Shown in pieces: positions 45,848-54,923 of a stretch of DNA of 64,000 nucleotides. Under the pieces are notes generated by a model. It was not told where the DNA came from. It worked only from the letters and a program-made list of their open reading frames with translations, and did not search any database. The stretch spans positions 25,067-89,066 of IMG/VR virus record IMGVR_UViG_3300050821_006637, one strand, 5' to 3'. Every line of letters begins with the position of its first letter. Positions within the stretch are counted from its first letter, which is position 1. Source of the DNA: a virus. The position numbers and the translations under genes were made by a program.

Positions 45848-45926
45848 AAGAGTCTCCTATACTAGAAAGGGCGAAACCTTAAAGTATATGCTCGGTAAGT
45901 AACCCAGGCAATATGGATTATCGCTT

Positions 45927-46130
45927 ATGTTAACAGAGTATATGCGTCTACTGGATATCTATCACACGGAAATCAATTCCTTCGGCTGGGACCAAAGACT
46001 TCCTGTCCTTACTACCCAAATGGAAAGAGTTTGGAAGAAGTTAAGCAAAGAGGACAGAGAATCTGCTCTCAAATACGCACATAAACTCTATCAAAAGAGA
46101 ATCCAAGATAAGCACTTAGAAAAGGGTTGA
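45927..46130 (+). CDS. Hypothetical protein
   Basis: 67-aa ORF ending just before the next start. Confidence 0.45.
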   Translation: MLTEYMRLLDIYHTEINSFGWDQRLPVLTTQMERVWKKLSKEDRESALKYAHKLYQKRIQDKHLEKG

Positions 46131-46131
46131 A

Positions 46132-49100
46132 ATGAATTACCTATTATCCTACGCAGGCATTCCTCTCTTATCTGACCGCGGACAAGCTATTCGTTTGCCG
46201 ACAAGTGTTCGTCCACGAGGACAAACAGATTCTCAAAGTCCCGGTAATAGACAACAAGTAGAACCAGAATTGATTGACGAAATCAATCGTCTCCTTGAAC
46301 TCGGTCTAATCAAAGACAACGCTTATCCAAATAATTATCCAGGGAAGACTCTTTCCAACTTGGCGAAGAGATGGCCGATTTATCAGTGGCCGGAATTCGG
46401 TGTAAGAATAAACGAGTGGTTCTATCCTCACGGAGCGAACCAGTGGTCTGTCTTCCGTGGCCTCGCCACTTCGAGTATGGTTCAAGCTATGCTCTTGCAG
46501 ACGATGGGGAGCAACCCCGCTTCCTTCATCATGCAAAGTGCTCCTATCTCACCAGACAACCCTACAGGTGACCCCACTTTCTACACCATTGAAACTCCGA
46601 TGTATCTGCTTCCGCCTCGTCCGTTGGCGGAACACGGAGGGTTCTTTAACGGATTGTATTTGATAACTCTAGTGGATTTGAGATACTACTTCCAAGGGTG
46701 CAATTCCACCCTCTGGCCTCTCCTCAATCAAAACACCACCTGGCTTCAATTAATCAATCAACTCGCTACGGATTTAGGGATTACTCTAACTATCCCCACA
46801 CCGATAGAGTCGAGTTACGGACAACCAGAAGTTGATAGTCAACTTTGGACGAACTTGGAAAGTAGTGCCGTCCTCCTAGATTGTGTCGCTGCTAATGTCG
46901 GTCGTACTGTCGTACGGAACTTGGATGGAACCTTCTCTTTTCTCACCACGGCAGAGTCCGTCACTCAAGTTCAATTGAATAGAGGGGAAGATTCGAACGT
47001 AGTGAGATTGGCAGGAGGGGACATCTTTGCCAATGATAATCAATTCGCTGGCAATCTTGGAGTGAGTAGGAACGCAGTTCTCCCTGAATCTGTGGTCGTC
47101 TCTTATCCCAAGTATGTGATTGGAAATGACCCTGTTCCTCACTTTTTGAATACTAGATATGGAGTCACTCCTAGACCGACGGCGTGGGTAGAGGATTCAT
47201 ATGGAGATACTTGGGACACGCAGATATTCTTACTTTCTGGCATCCTAAGTGGCTCCACGGGATTCGGTGTCAGTAGTGGTTTATTCATCTCTGGACAGAC
47301 TTTATCTGGGAATACTTTTAATTCTGGCTTGATTGGAGTGCCTGGATTAAACATCGTCCTTCACGACACGGCGAAAGCGTACTTTTCTGGAGAGGCTCAA
47401 GCCTTCAGTGGAAATCCATTGAATGTTAGTGGATTGACTCTTTTAGCAACTCAGTTAGCCAATGGATATTTCAATAAGCAAGTGGATGTGGCGTTGGATG
47501 AGGTTTATCCTGGGACGTATGAGTGGGAGCCAGAAGGGATTCATAACTTGGTTTGGACGTATAGTGACAGGAAGAGGCTCGCCGCCACTCGTGTCATTCG
47601 TCCTATGTGGAATCAATTAACGAGTCAATATCAGCACGCGATTCCTTTGCAATCGGGTTCTCAGACTATCGTTATTCCTCCTGGGGTTGGGGGACGGAGT
47701 GTTGCTCAGACGTGGAGAGACCAGGGAGGAAATGAAGTCCCTGGAGTCAACTTAGTAACGGTATTGGGTGGGAGTGTTTCTGGTATTCTTTATTCTGGGG
47801 GAGTGCAAGAGGTTATTTTTGCAGTTTCAGGTGGAAGTAGTGTTTCTAGTGGTCCAGATTTGCAATGGGTGGAGACTTTATCTACTACTCTCTATCAACC
47901 TTTGGCTTTGAGTAGAATTGTCAGTGGTGTTAGTTCCGTGTCTGGTTCTACTACTCTCACCACGAATTCTGTTTTCAATAATTCTGGTAATCTCCAAGGG
48001 AGTGATTTTGGTGTCTATGTATGGTCTTCTGGTCTTGGCTTCAACACTAAGATTAGTAGTATCAATACACTCAGTGGAACTTTAACACTGAGCAAAGCAG
48101 CAATAAAGACAACGAGTGGAATCCCTTTGATGGTCAACACCATTTGGGGATACAATGCTAGATTAGCGAACTGGTTTCCTGGTCCAAGTAACTCGGGGAA
48201 TACTACTTATCAACAAGATGAAGGAGTTTGGCAGAATATCGGTAATGTCTCTAATGTTTGGCTGGTCGGTCCTAATGGTGAAAAGCCAGTTCTATATCGG
48301 TCCTTGGGTTTGGCGGTAGGATTTGAGGTTGCAGGAGTTAGATATCAATGTCGTAAATTGGGTGTGGACAGTAGTGGTACAGCTATTTGGGCAATGGCAT
48401 TCCCATTCCCACAGCAAGCCGTATTACAATGTATAAATAATCAAATTCAGGGACTCACTTTAACAGATGGAGCGCAGCTGTCTTCCTGCTTCCTTGCTTC
48501 TGTAATTGGAGAAACAGGGTCTGTTACTGGGAATGCTTTTATAGCGGATGTGAATTTTACGATTCCATCGCAGTTTTCTAACAACACCAGAACATTTGCA
48601 CAAACAAATCAATATCTGGGGAGATTTATTGGAGTAGAGAATGTTTCCGGTATGCCTGTCTATTCTATGGATGCTTGCACAAGACCGCAGTATTTTTCTC
48701 TTTTCAATGGTGTTGCCACTCAGCTTTCAACTATTTCTGGAACTCCTTATTCTGGTTTCATTGGTTACGCAGCTAACGTAGTTGATTGGGCAGGAAATGC
48801 GTGGGCCTCTGAAACTGCATCTATAAATCAAGTCTGGTTGACTTTTGCTAATTTTGATTCCAGTCCAAATTACTCCTTCGTATCAGGGTGGATGAATCCA
48901 TCCGCCGGTGGTGGTTCTGTGTATCAAGGATTTGGGCCTGTGGCACTTGCCAGTGGTGGCGTCCCTATCTATTCAACACATGACGTAGGAGCATCTTTAG
49001 GAGGTTTGAGTCTACCAGTCAGTGGGACAGGATTTTCCGGCGGATTACAGTCTCCTAATTTTAGTGCTGGTGGGGCAATAAATTGTACTGTTCCAGGTAT

Positions 49101-49491
49101 TTCTACGAACGTTAACAGCGGGGCTCTCGTCGAATGTTTAGTCGGTGCAGGTGGTGTAAGTGGTACTGGTGGTCTGCACTTGATAGCTAATTCGAATCCA
49201 ACCGGTGCTCCTCCTCGATATGCAATATATATCGGAAGTAGTGGAGTTATAAATGAGCTTGGTGGCGGCAATTCGCTTCTTGCTGCGGCTGCTGGTTTAT
49301 ATCTTGGAAGGGGAGGAACAAATTTTATTGGAGACAGCTTTATAGGCGGCTTGATTCTTGGTGGTGGAGCGATATCAGGATTCGTTAATGCCCTCAACAG
49401 CATTGGAGGCTACGCTTCTGGTATCCGTCAAGCCCTCGTCCATACCGCTGCCAATACAATGACATGGGCGGCTTGTTCTGGAGTCATATAA
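46132..49491 (+). CDS. Large tail tip/hub-fibre protein with Ser-Gly-rich C-terminal half
   Basis: 1119 aa; YLITLVDLRYY...LLDCVAANVGRTVVRNLDG hub-like N-part; SG-rich beta C-part. Confidence 0.65.
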   Translation: MNYLLSYAGIPLLSDRGQAIRLPTSVRPRGQTDSQSPGNRQQVEPELIDEINRLLELGLIKDNAYPNNYPGKTLSNLAKRWPIYQWPEFGVRINEWFYPHGANQWSVFRGLATSSMVQAMLLQTMGSNPASFIMQSAPISPDNPTGDPTFYTIETPMYLLPPRPLAEHGGFFNGLYLITLVDLRYYFQGCNSTLWPLLNQNTTWLQLINQLATDLGITLTIPTPIESSYGQPEVDSQLWTNLESSAVLLDCVAANVGRTVVRNLDGTFSFLTTAESVTQVQLNRGEDSNVVRLAGGDIFANDNQFAGNLGVSRNAVLPESVVVSYPKYVIGNDPVPHFLNTRYGVTPRPTAWVEDSYGDTWDTQIFLLSGILSGSTGFGVSSGLFISGQTLSGNTFNSGLIGVPGLNIVLHDTAKAYFSGEAQAFSGNPLNVSGLTLLATQLANGYFNKQVDVALDEVYPGTYEWEPEGIHNLVWTYSDRKRLAATRVIRPMWNQLTSQYQHAIPLQSGSQTIVIPPGVGGRSVAQTWRDQGGNEVPGVNLVTVLGGSVSGILYSGGVQEVIFAVSGGSSVSSGPDLQWVETLSTTLYQPLALSRIVSGVSSVSGSTTLTTNSVFNNSGNLQGSDFGVYVWSSGLGFNTKISSINTLSGTLTLSKAAIKTTSGIPLMVNTIWGYNARLANWFPGPSNSGNTTYQQDEGVWQNIGNVSNVWLVGPNGEKPVLYRSLGLAVGFEVAGVRYQCRKLGVDSSGTAIWAMAFPFPQQAVLQCINNQIQGLTLTDGAQLSSCFLASVIGETGSVTGNAFIADVNFTIPSQFSNNTRTFAQTNQYLGRFIGVENVSGMPVYSMDACTRPQYFSLFNGVATQLSTISGTPYSGFIGYAANVVDWAGNAWASETASINQVWLTFANFDSSPNYSFVSGWMNPSAGGGSVYQGFGPVALASGGVPIYSTHDVGASLGGLSLPVSGTGFSGGLQSPNFSAGGAINCTVPGISTNVNSGALVECLVGAGGVSGTGGLHLIANSNPTGAPPRYAIYIGSSGVINELGGGNSLLAAAAGLYLGRGGTNFIGDSFIGGLILGGGAISGFVNALNSIGGYASGIRQALVHTAANTMTWAACSGVI

Positions 49492-49507
49492 GAATAAAGG
49501 ATAAGCA

Positions 49508-50566
49508 ATGTATAAAACCTTCCTCATCTCCGTCGCCCTCCTTTTCCCCATTGGCTTACTTCTGCTACCCCAAGCACGAAGCCAGCATACCACTAGAAAC
49601 GCACAGAACGCCGTCTATCGCTATGAAGACTATCGAGGCATACAAACTACCCTCTCCACCTGGGCACGCGAATCTAAGGGCTTGGCAAGCGTCTTTACCT
49701 ATGGAACCAGTACGAGAGGACAACCACTCACTGGTATCGCCCTCAAAGGAAAAAATAAGTTCAAGTCCTCCGTCCTCATCCAGGCGTCTATACACGGGAA
49801 CGAGCCATTGAGTTCCACTGTCATCATGTCCTATCTCCAGAACCTCCTGTCGGGGTATGGAAAGGACAAAGAGTTGACAGAGTTGATTGATTCCAGGGAC
49901 ATCTATATCATCCCAGTCCTCTGTCCCGACAGTTTCCCTCACTCAAGGTACAGCGATGGAGTTGACCCAAATAGGAACTTCAACGGAAACTCCGTCACCG
50001 CTATCGCTGCGATAAAGAAGTTCTTTCTTGAAAAGAAACCGAGTGCCTGTTGGAGTGGACACACTTACGGACGACTCTTTATGTATCCATATGGAGATGC
50101 CACACAAAGATGTGTTGATGACGGAAAGATGTTGGACTTGTATACGAGGATGAGTAGATTAGCAGGATACAGAGTATTGAGAGGGTGCCAGATGTACGGA
50201 CACCCGATAATGGGTTCAGAAATTGATTACTACTATCGTCAAAACAGAAGCGTTTCCGTCGTCGTAGAATATGGAAGCCATCAGCGGATTCCGTCGTTGC
50301 AAGATACACAGATAGAATTCAATAAGACGTGGGGGGCTTTCCTCCTCTGGCTGAAAGAAGCCCCTGTGATGTTGAAAGAATCACCTGCCCAGGACATCCT
50401 CAATAAGAGGAGACAGGTTTATCAACGGATGACGTGGAGCCGTGCTCCGTCCTGCGATGAATCCTATGCAATAGATAGTAAGAGAGAAGAGGATTACTCC
50501 TCCAAAGAAGATGAAGGCAGGCCAGATAGGCTTGGATGTGAAGTTAACGTTCATGGGTCTTTCTAA
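49508..50566 (+). CDS. M14 zinc carboxypeptidase with signal peptide
   Basis: Hydrophobic N-terminus; IHGNEP (HxxE), DPNRNF, SGHTYG, VVEYG catalytic Glu. Confidence 0.88.
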   Translation: MYKTFLISVALLFPIGLLLLPQARSQHTTRNAQNAVYRYEDYRGIQTTLSTWARESKGLASVFTYGTSTRGQPLTGIALKGKNKFKSSVLIQASIHGNEPLSSTVIMSYLQNLLSGYGKDKELTELIDSRDIYIIPVLCPDSFPHSRYSDGVDPNRNFNGNSVTAIAAIKKFFLEKKPSACWSGHTYGRLFMYPYGDATQRCVDDGKMLDLYTRMSRLAGYRVLRGCQMYGHPIMGSEIDYYYRQNRSVSVVVEYGSHQRIPSLQDTQIEFNKTWGAFLLWLKEAPVMLKESPAQDILNKRRQVYQRMTWSRAPSCDESYAIDSKREEDYSSKEDEGRPDRLGCEVNVHGSF

Positions 50567-50653
50567 TTCCAGATAAGAAAAGAGTTATCAATCCTCGCAT
50601 TCCCCAACCAATAGCAAATCCACCGAGGACGCAGAGAATCTTATCTATGTCCA

Positions 50654-50905
50654 TTAGTCCTCCATTTCATTATCTCCATAAGCACTTTCCACGACGTTTA
50701 GGGCTTCCACCTTGGTCCAGTAATGTTTGAACCACGGATAAGTTCCATCGGTGTCTGTAGTATGGAAGTCGATGAGAAGCCATCCTCCTTTAATGGTTTC
50801 CGGTACGAGGCGGAAACGGAGGTCTTCACTTTCCAAACTGCCAGAGAGGTCGTCCTTGCGTAGAGTCCATTCCATCGGTTTCGTCCTTTGAAGTTGAGCG
50901 TCCAT
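50654..50905 (-). CDS. Hypothetical protein
   Basis: Minus-strand operon, AGGA RBS. Confidence 0.5.
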   Translation of the reverse strand: MDAQLQRTKPMEWTLRKDDLSGSLESEDLRFRLVPETIKGGWLLIDFHTTDTDGTYPWFKHYWTKVEALNVVESAYGDNEMED

Positions 50906-50906
50906 T

Positions 50907-51122
50907 TTATCCTACCTTCCAACTCTTCCTAATGTTTCCTTCCCTATCCACAATCTCTACTGCATCTGCTCCGTCAAAAGACATTCTGTCTCGGTATTTC
51001 TTTTTGACGATACTTTCTGCCTCAGCAAGTGTATCTGCCTCTGCGACGAGGAAAGTATCATATCCAGGGTCTTCAAATGTATCCCAGTGGTAGATACCGA
51101 ATTCTTTCGTATGTGTAATCAT
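50907..51122 (-). CDS. Hypothetical protein
   Basis: Coupled small ORF. Confidence 0.55.
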   Translation of the reverse strand: MITHTKEFGIYHWDTFEDPGYDTFLVAEADTLAEAESIVKKKYRDRMSFDGADAVEIVDREGNIRKSWKVG

Positions 51123-51304
51123 TCTACTCCCCTTAGGACGAGCAACCCTAACTGCTCACTATGTTCATCAAATCCAAATACACATCTGCCATCCAGTTTC
51201 ACAGGTATCTTTTTCTCTTTGATAATTCGCAACGCAGCGGCACGCATTCCTGCGTAGATAGCCTTGCGATGGTCTACAGTAAGAATATAGTCATCATCCA
51301 TCAC
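51119..51304 (-). CDS. Hypothetical protein
   Basis: Coupled small ORF. Confidence 0.5.
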   Translation of the reverse strand: MMDDDYILTVDHRKAIYAGMRAAALRIIKEKKIPVKLDGRCVFGFDEHSEQLGLLVLRGVE

Positions 51305-51546
51305 TCTTTCTCTCCTGCTATCTGTGCTTCTAAGTCCTCACACCTCTCCGCCAAATCATCACATTCACTTTCCTTTTCTGCATACTCTGCTTTCCAATAT
51401 TCCATTTCCTGATTCCTCTTATTCAAAAGCCATTCCAAGGCTTCCATCAATGCCAAGGTATCAACTGGCTGTCCTAGTGCTATCGCTGTCTTGGCAAATT
51501 CAAGTTCTTCGCGAGGGGAACTACCCTTAAGAAATGTATTTCTCAT
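51301..51546 (-). CDS. Hypothetical coiled-coil protein
   Basis: AAGGAG RBS; coupled. Confidence 0.55.
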   Translation of the reverse strand: MRNTFLKGSSPREELEFAKTAIALGQPVDTLALMEALEWLLNKRNQEMEYWKAEYAEKESECDDLAERCEDLEAQIAGEKE

Positions 51547-51694
51547 TTTCTAACTCCTTGTATTTCGTATACCAATAATCACAAAGTTTATTCCAATACT
51601 TCGCATCCTTTCTTGCTTGTAGCCATAATCCAAGAAAAACAACTGCAGAACCAAATAACCATAATTCAAGTAAACAATTAAAGAGATTGGTCAT
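51527..51694 (-). CDS. Small single-TM protein (missing from ORF track, 55 aa)
   Basis: MTNLFNCLLELWLFGSAVVFLGLWLQARKDAKYWNKLCDYWYTKYKELENEKYIS*; fills the gap and resembles neighbours. Confidence 0.6.
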   Translation of the reverse strand: MTNLFNCLLELWLFGSAVVFLGLWLQARKDAKYWNKLCDYWYTKYKELENEKYIS

Positions 51695-51697
51695 CCT

Positions 51698-51889
51698 TCA
51701 ATCCTTTCTAGGAATAAAAGTATCTAATAAGTCATAATATTCTTGGGATACTTTGTCTCTTTGTTGACAAACCCTCCTCCACGCCCTCTCCCACTCTTTA
51801 GCATTCTTCCGTTCATATTTCCAAACGATGAGGAGGAAGACATTGGCGAGGACACTAAGAGTGAAAGTTATTTCAATCAGATAAGACAT
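51698..51889 (-). CDS. Small single-TM protein
   Basis: N-terminal TM then WKYERKNAKEWERAW. Confidence 0.6.
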   Translation of the reverse strand: MSYLIEITFTLSVLANVFLLIVWKYERKNAKEWERAWRRVCQQRDKVSQEYYDLLDTFIPRKD

Positions 51890-52067
51890 CGTTCATCACC
51901 TTTCTACAGGTGTCCGTAAGAATCTCCTCTCGTTCCTCTTCTGGGAAATTCTCTAATAACTTCTGGATAGCCAACTCCCAAAAAACCATCTTTCCTCTTT
52001 CGTACCAGTAGAGGAAGCCGAAGGCGATTGTAGTAGCGAGGAAAAACCAAGTGAAGAAAGAGTTCAT
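51873..52067 (-). CDS. Small single-TM protein
   Basis: N-terminal TM then YWYERGKMVFW. Confidence 0.6.
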   Translation of the reverse strand: MNSFFTWFFLATTIAFGFLYWYERGKMVFWELAIQKLLENFPEEEREEILTDTCRKVMNDVLSD

Positions 52068-52288
52068 TCTCCCTCCTCTTTTCTTTCGCCTTCTTTAATT
52101 ATCTTTTCCAAATCTGCTTTAAGTCGCATTCTCTCACTTTCTATTATTGCAGTCATAAATTTGCAGAGGAGGATACAACTACACACTGCCGCAACGGACA
52201 AACATACACACCATTCCCAATTCATCCAGTTCATTTCCCTTTCCTTCGGTAAGTCGCCTTCAGCATTTCTTCCAAACATTGAACACAA
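52064..52288 (-). CDS. Small membrane protein (true start probably an internal Met)
   Basis: Cys-rich hydrophobic segment plus charged tail. Confidence 0.45.
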   Translation of the reverse strand: MCSMFGRNAEGDLPKEREMNWMNWEWCVCLSVAAVCSCILLCKFMTAIIESERMRLKADLEKIIKEGERKEEGE

Positions 52289-52443
52289 TAATTGGCTCTA
52301 CACCAGTTGACAATGCAATAACATTGATGATAAGTATGAACGCCTTTATGTTTCTCATACTCTAATTCACTACGCAACCAGCGGCGAGTGCGATGGTGGG
52401 GAGGTCTCTTTTCCAATTCTTCTCTAGCTTCTTTAGGTGTCAT
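52231..52443 (-). CDS. Small Cys/His-rich protein
   Basis: HQCYC...C...CVQC. Confidence 0.5.
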   Translation of the reverse strand: MTPKEAREELEKRPPHHRTRRWLRSELEYEKHKGVHTYHQCYCIVNWCRANYCVQCLEEMLKATYRRKGK

Positions 52444-52452
52444 TTTACTTCT

Positions 52453-52686
52453 TTAGAGATTAGAATTATCTAGTATAGGTTTGACAGGACGACGGACGGA
52501 AAGGTAGTAATAGTCACCGACGTGGTGAATGGAAATCGGTTCCCATCCCAGATTTTCCTTCAACCAACCATTCATCAAATCATCCAAGTCGCCAGTGCGA
52601 TTTTTATGATTATACCACGATGTGAAAGCAGTTCCATAGAAACCAATTGTCTTCACTTCCCACATAATCATTCCTCCTTTAATCAA
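52453..52686 (-). CDS. Hypothetical protein
   Basis: AAAGGAGG inside the 5' end suggests an internal start; GWEPIS motif. Confidence 0.5.
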   Translation of the reverse strand: MIKGGMIMWEVKTIGFYGTAFTSWYNHKNRTGDLDDLMNGWLKENLGWEPISIHHVGDYYYLSVRRPVKPILDNSNL

Positions 52687-52689
52687 CCT

Positions 52690-53610
52690 CTAACCCAAGT
52701 AACTATCGTCCTCATAACCATCATCGTACTCCCTCGCTACCTCTTTCAAATACATCAAATTCGTATAGATTATCTGCCTCATCCTCTCCCTCGTCACTGC
52801 CCTCTCTACAAATCCCTCAAACACCAAAGCACTCGCTACCTCATCCAATGTCAATCCTTCCAAGTAATACATCTCAATCGCCCGACGAGGAACCCTCTGC
52901 AAGTGGGAGAGGATTCTATCCAAATCTATCTGTGCATCCATCTTCTCATATAACCGAGTAGTCTGCTTATCTACTATAGACTCTGCCAACGGACAACCCA
53001 TATCCTCATTTCCATTCAACTTCTGCCCGAGCCTCTTTATCTTTCTCACTGCCTTGGCTTGACGACGACAATGCTTCTGTCCTAACGTCACATCGTCCGT
53101 CGGTCCCGTCCTCAATATCCATTCTGGGACTGGAATAATGCTATCTTTCTGCAGAAGACGATTCAAGGCTTGACGAATCCAATACATCGCATAGGTGGAG
53201 AACTTCCATTTCCGAGAAACATCAAATAAATCTGCTGCCCTTGTCAAAGACATGATGCCTTCTTGCATCGCATCTTCAAGTGGTATTCCAGCACTGATGA
53301 GGAGTTGACGATATTTTTGGTGGACGAGTTGACCGACGAGTCCTTCATTGTTCACCACCAAGTTATTTCGATAAGTTAATAGATTAGCCTTTGCAACGCA
53401 CAGGTAAGCGTCTAAGGCGTTTTGAATAGGGGAAGGGAGGTTTGGACCAAGCCAGCATAACCACGTAGTCAAAGCGTTAATTTGGTCTAGTGCCCGTTCC
53501 AGGCTGATGGCATTGGGAGACTCACGGAGTCGTCGGGCTTTGTAATAAGCAGCAGGACCAGTGGGTACTTGAGAGACTTGAGGAATGGAGCTTTCCATCT
53601 CAAACTCCAT
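52690..53610 (-). CDS. Sigma70-family RNA polymerase sigma factor
   Basis: Region 2 DAMQEG..L.RA..LFD....KFSTYAMYWIRQA; region 4 LTLDEVA...VTRERMRQI. Confidence 0.9.
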   Translation of the reverse strand: MEFEMESSIPQVSQVPTGPAAYYKARRLRESPNAISLERALDQINALTTWLCWLGPNLPSPIQNALDAYLCVAKANLLTYRNNLVVNNEGLVGQLVHQKYRQLLISAGIPLEDAMQEGIMSLTRAADLFDVSRKWKFSTYAMYWIRQALNRLLQKDSIIPVPEWILRTGPTDDVTLGQKHCRRQAKAVRKIKRLGQKLNGNEDMGCPLAESIVDKQTTRLYEKMDAQIDLDRILSHLQRVPRRAIEMYYLEGLTLDEVASALVFEGFVERAVTRERMRQIIYTNLMYLKEVAREYDDGYEDDSYLG

Positions 53611-53611
53611 T

Positions 53612-53809
53612 CTATGCTGCTTGAGTAGATTTTCGTTTTTTAGGAAGGGGTAGTAGTTCTTGGAGGAGGTTTTCTAATTCCTCTAATTCTTGCAGAATTG
53701 CTTGGTTTTGAGCAGTGGGTACAGATTGGAGAGATGATTGAGCTTGGAGGAAGAGGACACTCCTACTTAGATAACCAGAAGTGAAAGACATTGATGTAAG
53801 TGGCAGCAT
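53612..53809 (-). CDS. Hypothetical protein
   Basis: Ends adjacent to the sigma start. Confidence 0.4.
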   Translation of the reverse strand: MLPLTSMSFTSGYLSRSVLFLQAQSSLQSVPTAQNQAILQELEELENLLQELLPLPKKRKSTQAA

Positions 53810-53872
53810 AACTCATAATTCTCCGCTGATAGTGAAGGAGGATTGGCTTCATTGCCACAAGAAATTTCAACT

Positions 53873-54064
53873 TTAGATGTCTTTTTCTAGTTCTTCTAAA
53901 TATCTTTTTAGATGATGATATTCTTTATCCCTAAAATCCCAGATTTCGTGCCAGACTTGGTCATCTTCCTTCCAATGTATCCAAAGTAGCCAACAGACGA
54001 CCCAACCAGAGAAACCGAAGATAGTAGAAAGGATGAGGAAGGCTAGATTAGCTGTTGTCATCAA
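53873..54064 (-). CDS. Small single-TM protein
   Basis: TM then WIHWKEDDQVWHEIW. Confidence 0.6.
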   Translation of the reverse strand: MMTTANLAFLILSTIFGFSGWVVCWLLWIHWKEDDQVWHEIWDFRDKEYHHLKRYLEELEKDI

Positions 54065-54284
54065 CCCACTCTCCCTTCCACTCCTCTCCCTCGTAGGCGT
54101 CTCTTAGTTGAGCTTCCAAGTCTTCAACTTCCTCTTCTAAGTTTTCCATCTCTTCACGGGCATCGGCGTATTTTCCTTGCCAGAATCGGATGTCTTTTTC
54201 TTTTCTGTGAATGATGAATGTGAGGAAGACTACCCAGAAGAGATAGGCAGCAGTGATACACCAGAAGAGAGTGTCTTTATCCAT
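54048..54284 (-). CDS. Small single-TM coiled-coil protein
   Basis: TM then HRKEKDIRFWQGKY and coiled coil. Confidence 0.6.
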   Translation of the reverse strand: MDKDTLFWCITAAYLFWVVFLTFIIHRKEKDIRFWQGKYADAREEMENLEEEVEDLEAQLRDAYEGEEWKGEWVDDNS

Positions 54285-54517
54285 TAGTCGTCATATCTCC
54301 CATAAGGCATTGCTTGGTCTATTAGTTCTTCTAATTCCTTCACTCTGGCTTCAAGTTCTTCAACCTTAGATTCAGAATGGACGGCTCGTCGAATCCAGGA
54401 GTGGAGAGCAAAGATGCAATAGGCTCTGTAAACGGAACTGGATAGTCCATAGTTGGTAGCCATTTGCATATCCCGTCTGGCATCCCTTTTCATGTCCAAT
54501 TCTGTCGGTGGTTCCAT
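54284..54517 (-). CDS. Hypothetical protein
   Basis: AAGGA RBS; TAATG coupling. Confidence 0.55.
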   Translation of the reverse strand: MEPPTELDMKRDARRDMQMATNYGLSSSVYRAYCIFALHSWIRRAVHSESKVEELEARVKELEELIDQAMPYGRYDD

Positions 54518-54567
54518 TCTTAATTCCTTGTTATACTTCTAGTATACTCTTTTTGGAGGGTGCCAGT

Positions 54568-54912
54568 GTGCCTGCCGTATTCTCTCAGTTCTCACTTCCA
54601 CTTCAAAATGACGGGACACTTACTATCGCTTTACAGCCACCGAATCCCATATCTGGGTGGCAGATACAATGTGACCTGTTGCAAAACTTCGGTGGCAATC
54701 CTATCTATAGTGCCTACGTCTCCTCTGGCTTCAATAACGTTAGCGGAATCAATGTCATTGACGGAATAAACGGAGTCTTTACCATCACATTCCCTTCGCT
54801 CATTTTGAGTGGATTTCAAGAAGGAAATTATCCTTTCGACGCGTATAGACTGAGTGGCGGAGTGAGGATGACAGACCTCGCATTCGGTTTCCGTTGTGCC
54901 CAGCTCAATTAG
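54568..54912 (+). CDS. Ig/BppU-like beta-sandwich virion-type protein
   Basis: GGAGG RBS and GTG 54568; ISGWQI...INVIDGINGVFTITF...GNYPFD pattern. Confidence 0.55.
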   Translation: MPAVFSQFSLPLQNDGTLTIALQPPNPISGWQIQCDLLQNFGGNPIYSAYVSSGFNNVSGINVIDGINGVFTITFPSLILSGFQEGNYPFDAYRLSGGVRMTDLAFGFRCAQLN

Positions 54913-54923
54913 GAGAAACTTAG

